From the NCBI GenBank assembly GCA_964465575.1, contig CAYXIF010000006.1, positions 14,445 through 78,444 of the forward strand: a stretch of 64,000 nt of DNA, written 5' to 3'. This document shows, piece after piece, positions 60,731 to 64,000 of the stretch. The position numbers were made by a program, and so were the translations under genes. The first letter of the stretch is position 1. Each line of letters begins with the position of its first letter. The stretch comes from an uncultured Candidatus Bathyarchaeia archaeon. Its GTDB lineage: Archaea; Thermoproteota; Bathyarchaeia; Bathyarchaeales; DTEX01. The notes beneath the pieces are model-generated. The model saw only the letters and a list, made by a program, of their open reading frames with translations. It searched no databases and was not told where the DNA came from.

Positions 60731-63049
60731 TTACTCTCTCAGCAGTTCAGTACACCTGAATATCCTCATGTCCATGTCATCTATGAGGGCTCGAACGTCC
60801 GAGACTTCGTTCTCAACCTTCTTCAAGGCTGTCTGCAGAACGTTCATCCTGTATTCGAACCCATCCTGAGAAAGCTCGCCGACACCGAATCTTGCCGCGA
60901 TCTCTTTGATCTCGTCTTTAAGCCTAGAAGCTTCGGCTTCGAGGCCTATCAATTGGTCAATCTTCTCTCTTCTTGTGGGAGCCCACCTTTCGGAAACTGA
61001 CCCCAACCTCTGCTGACACACTAATAAGGCTTTCCGAACGTCTTCTGACTCTCTTCTCGTAACATGTCCATCTCTGATCAAAGATAAGTACTGCTCAATG
61101 ATCGATGCCTCTTCCCCAATGGAAAGCGATGACAAGGCTGCTCCGATCTTTGAGACCTGATCTTCCCACTTCTGCAAGTTAGATGAGTAGACCATCGAAC
61201 TGGGCAAGCCTTTTGAGTACTGACCACTCTCAACCACGTCTTTATACCCTCTAATGTAACGTAGGTCTGCGATGGACTGTGACCCTCCTAGCCCGTTGGG
61301 TTGCGTTGTGTGGACCGGTACACGAACCTTCTCCTTGGCCCACTCCAACCTAGCCATGGCCATGTAGAGTTCCAAAACCTCTCTAGACTTGAGGAGTTCG
61401 TTAAAGGAAAGGGAGAGATGCCCACCCAACTCGTCCGCTATGGCGCCGTACGCTTTCTCGTGAATCTCGCCGGACCTAAACAGTTTCGCTAGCTCTTCCA
61501 ACCTTAGCGCGATATCCTTTATCTCTCTGACATGAGCCTGGAAGTCCTTTGCGCGGTCGTCTATGTCATCCTCGACCCGCTTGCTCGAACTCCCGGGAGC
61601 AGTCCGAGGCTTCACTGGAGCTTCCTGAACTCGGGATTCTTGGCTCGTAGGGAGGGGCAGGATTGCCTGCGGTTCCCTTCTTAAGCGTTTGGCCAAACCT
61701 GCCACGGCCCCGGTCACGACCCAGAAGCCGATCGTCGGGTAAGGCAGAAGGCTTCTCCATTTGTAGAGAAGAGCTGGTATTCCGGAAAACAAGAGAAACG
61801 ATTCATGGCCCGTCGCGGGGAGGAATGTTCGGTAAACATCTTCGAGCCTTTCTCCCCTAACCCTGATTTTGTGGAGATCGTTGGTTCCTAGGCCTTTCTC
61901 CCGCCCCAACTTAAGAGTAGGCACTTTCTCAGGGTCGAAACCCACTATCGCCGATGCCACGGAGTCGGTTGCGACAGGGTCCTTGCCGACCACCAGTATG
62001 CCCATGTTGACCGAAGGTCCTTCATGCGGCCCTTGTCCCTCCATCGCAACTCTTCCATCGATAATGTTTAGGTTAATCTTACGTGCGCTACAGAGGTCTA
62101 CTATGACGCCACCCATGTACGTGTCGCCCTTTTCTTGGGCTTTCTGATGAAGGACCATCTTTGGAATTCCGTAGACTGAGCCAGCCGCGATCCCAACGAG
62201 GTTCTTCATTCCCAAGGTCACGACGGCTGTGTCATGTGTCTTCATGCAAGCGACCGATATGAAAACGTCAGCGTCCACAAGAATCTGGTTGAACTGGAAG
62301 CTGTTGAAGACGTATCCGCCTCCTGGGACAGAGACGTTCACAAGTGAACCGTAGTTAAGGTCGACTAGTTCGACACCTGGAATCAGGTCCACAGCTGAGT
62401 AGCCTAAGGCCTTGAAGTTGCTGATTGTGTTGCCTTCTCCGCTGCCATCAGCCACCCAGATCACACTCGGGTTTCTTTGCTTGATGATGTTGATGAGCGC
62501 GGTAACTAATACTGGATCAACTGTGTCGGGTGGCGCTTGGTTTCTGACAATGTTAGGTTTAATCAGAACTTTGGCGCCGACCGGAATCAGACTTCCGATG
62601 CCTCCAATATGGTCAAGGGCTGTTGCCAGTGCAGTTTGAACACCTCCGCTAACTTTGACTACTGAAACAGAAGTCAACTCCTGAGTGAGTGTTGACCGTT
62701 CACTGAGAGCGGAGACCGGGCTGACCATAACGTTGCTGTACAATGTAAGACCTGAAGCCGAAATGGACAGGGATAGCAAGGTGGCATAGAGGATTGACTT
62801 CTTCCTTCTTGAGTTTTTTACTGCTCCTACTGCCTTGGAGGCGGTTCTTCTTGACGCATCAGCCACGAAAGCAATAAACGGGTATATGAGAAAGTTATAG
62901 CTGGTTGCAGCAGCCGCTTTCTGGCAGGGATACACAATCCGCGAGGGTCTCGTTCCAGATCTTATCAGCAGCCAGAAAAGGCTGACAATGCCTATTGTCG
63001 CGGTGCTTGCAGCTATGCTCCTAATGAGTCTCCCTATTCTATCAACCAA
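60731..63049 (-). CDS. Membrane protein with extracytoplasmic DUF362 domain and long cytoplasmic coiled-coil tail
   Basis: 772 aa. Three N-terminal TMs, DUF362-like VLIKPNIVRNQAPPDTVDPVLVTALINII...VWVADGSG...MKTHDTAVVTLGMKNLVG, two further TMs, then about 300 aa of heptad-rich sequence with SHOCT-like GEIHEKAY / GELSQDGFEYR motifs. Confidence 0.62.
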   Translation of the reverse strand: MVDRIGRLIRSIAASTATIGIVSLFWLLIRSGTRPSRIVYPCQKAAAATSYNFLIYPFIAFVADASRRTASKAVGAVKNSRRKKSILYATLLSLSISASGLTLYSNVMVSPVSALSERSTLTQELTSVSVVKVSGGVQTALATALDHIGGIGSLIPVGAKVLIKPNIVRNQAPPDTVDPVLVTALINIIKQRNPSVIWVADGSGEGNTISNFKALGYSAVDLIPGVELVDLNYGSLVNVSVPGGGYVFNSFQFNQILVDADVFISVACMKTHDTAVVTLGMKNLVGIAAGSVYGIPKMVLHQKAQEKGDTYMGGVIVDLCSARKINLNIIDGRVAMEGQGPHEGPSVNMGILVVGKDPVATDSVASAIVGFDPEKVPTLKLGREKGLGTNDLHKIRVRGERLEDVYRTFLPATGHESFLLFSGIPALLYKWRSLLPYPTIGFWVVTGAVAGLAKRLRREPQAILPLPTSQESRVQEAPVKPRTAPGSSSKRVEDDIDDRAKDFQAHVREIKDIALRLEELAKLFRSGEIHEKAYGAIADELGGHLSLSFNELLKSREVLELYMAMARLEWAKEKVRVPVHTTQPNGLGGSQSIADLRYIRGYKDVVESGQYSKGLPSSMVYSSNLQKWEDQVSKIGAALSSLSIGEEASIIEQYLSLIRDGHVTRRESEDVRKALLVCQQRLGSVSERWAPTRREKIDQLIGLEAEASRLKDEIKEIAARFGVGELSQDGFEYRMNVLQTALKKVENEVSDVRALIDDMDMRIFRCTELLRE

Positions 63050-63249
63050 TCAGGAAGAACTTCCCTTTGCCTCTTCTTGGAATACACCAAAAGCCTGATT
63101 GTATTTATATGTTGCCTTTTCTCCTAGACTGCTGTGCGCATTCCAAACAAGTCTGTCCACAGACCAAGACGGTAGTGGATCATATGCATCCGATCTTTTC
63201 CGGTCTCTTCGTGCATCCAGAAAGCCACAGACCCTTAGCATTCTTTGGC

Positions 63250-64000
63250 AATGTTGAAGGTGATCGTGTTCCAGTACATGTCATCACCCCTGATCAGCCG
63301 TTTCCGGAAGAGTTCCTTAAGCAACTAGAGAAATCACAAGGAGCTCGATGGGTGCATAGGAGGTGGGATAACGGGCTACTTTGGGCATTCGGTGAACGCG
63401 AGATGTACCCCGTTAACGGCGGCATCCCGATATTTGTCTTGCCTCCAGAACAAAGCTGGTCTCCAATCGCTGTCAAAGAGCTGCAACAGCAAAAACGAAT
63501 CAGAAAGAACTGGCAACTTGACCGATTCCAGGAGAACTCGGTAGTGATGGAGTTTGCGAAGCGAATGGCTGAGAGTGAGGGACTGATCATAGACATTGCT
63601 TCAGGTCCCGGCGGAGGCTTCGTCCCCCTTATACTAAGAAAGAACCCAGAAGCCACAGTATTGATCGATGACCTATGCCTAGGTGTGCTTCAGGAATGGC
63701 AAGGTTTCCTGAGGACTCTTAACATACACAATACTTCTTTCGCGCTTTTTGACGCAAGAAAAATGCCTCTCAGATCGAACTCATTAGATGCGGTATGTGA
63801 GATAGGAGGGTTCAACGAAATCCCCCGAAGCACCGAAGCTATCAAAGAGGTATGTCGCGTCCTCAAGCCAGGAGGTACTCTGTTCTCAGTTGACAGTACG
63901 ATAGAGAAGGGCGAATTGTTCGGGCTACCTGAAAGCGTGAGAACTAAATGGTATGACATGAACCCCCTTTCCTTCGAAGGGTTCTTGGACGCTTTCAAGA
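63250..64000 (+). CDS. Class I SAM-dependent methyltransferase (3' end beyond window; start uncertain, frame open from 63025)
   Basis: Not in the ORF track (no stop before the edge). The frame reads ...MYPVNGGIPIFVLP...LIIDIASGPGGGFVPLIL...FDARKMPLRSNSLDAV...VLKPGGTLF, giving motif I, post-I and motif III. Candidate starts are ATG 63112, 63184 and 63250. TATA-like TTTATAT at about 63104. Confidence 0.75.

Noticed and set aside
63294-63998. Two minus-strand ORFs (120 aa and 102 aa)
   Set aside because: They are antisense to an open plus-strand frame with clear SAM-methyltransferase motifs (DIASGPGGG etc.) that runs off the window end.
1-64000. CRISPR arrays, rRNA genes, transposases, integrases, reverse transcriptase/DGR, toxin-antitoxin pairs
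   Set aside because: I scanned the intergenic regions and the ORF translations. There are no regularly spaced direct repeats, no DDE/tyrosine-recombinase/RT motifs and no rRNA-like sequence. The only repeats found are those reported (25.8-26.1 kb, the promoter modules and the operator pair).

Overview
This window reads as an archaeal chromosomal segment of about 49-50% GC. It carries TFB, ribosomal protein S25e, AglB/STT3, a class I LysRS, the tRNA-splicing endonuclease EndA, intron-containing tRNAs and BRE/TATA-type promoters. The gene content suggests a TACK/Bathyarchaeia-like, polymer-degrading lineage, but that is only a guess. All protein calls come from motif recognition by eye in the supplied translations; no database search was run.

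Contents in order:
- 1-2.5 kb: a bacterial-type grpE-dnaK-dnaJ operon, with dnaJ truncated at the left edge.
- 3-13.4 kb: housekeeping genes, namely an MFS transporter, a stand-alone LigD 3'-phosphoesterase, a flavoprotein, lysK, hisS, endA, mtnA and topA.
- 13.5-20.4 kb: an unusual ACP-based cluster (AcpS, FkbH-like loader, ACP, hexapeptide acyltransferase, NodB deacetylase, VOC epimerase-like protein) directly next to aglB.
- 21-24.5 kb: tRNA-Arg(CCG) with a non-canonical intron, tfb, and a sulfite/nitrite reductase with a TusA-like protein.
- 25.6-26.6 kb: a 0.9 kb non-coding region with ORB-like direct and inverted G-string repeats.
- 26.6-31.8 kb: mdh, a TrmB regulator divergent from a Cys-rich radical SAM (Tes/GDGT-MAS-like) gene, S25e, two cyclophilin-like paralogs, tRNA-Glu(UUC) with an intron, a retropepsin-like protease and a degenerate tRNA-like sequence.
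- 32.4-37.8 kb: a 1161-aa secreted multicopper oxidase with two FN3 domains, a relic of a second MCO, and a surface protein that shares a palindromic operator/TATA module with the MCO.
- 37.8-46 kb: an AlkP-superfamily enzyme, a GT39 glycosyltransferase, a URO-D family protein and an ICMT-like methyltransferase.
- 46.2-57.5 kb: a minus-strand block with a coupled U32 pair, a 1541-aa M28/PA-like ectodomain fused to an FtsX/MacB-type permease with no ATPase nearby, and two large OPT-like membrane paralogs.
- 57.6-64 kb: a second URO-D-like protein, a GH51 arabinofuranosidase, a DUF362 membrane protein with a long coiled-coil tail, and a SAM methyltransferase running off the right edge.

I found no CRISPR array, rRNA, transposase or integrase.

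The most interesting candidates are:
1. The ACP/FkbH/acyltransferase/deacetylase module next to aglB.
2. The ATPase-less pseudo-peptidase-FtsX fusion with its OPT-like partners.
3. The ORB-like repeat cluster.
4. The non-canonical tRNA intron.
5. Two cases of duplicated promoter/operator modules.
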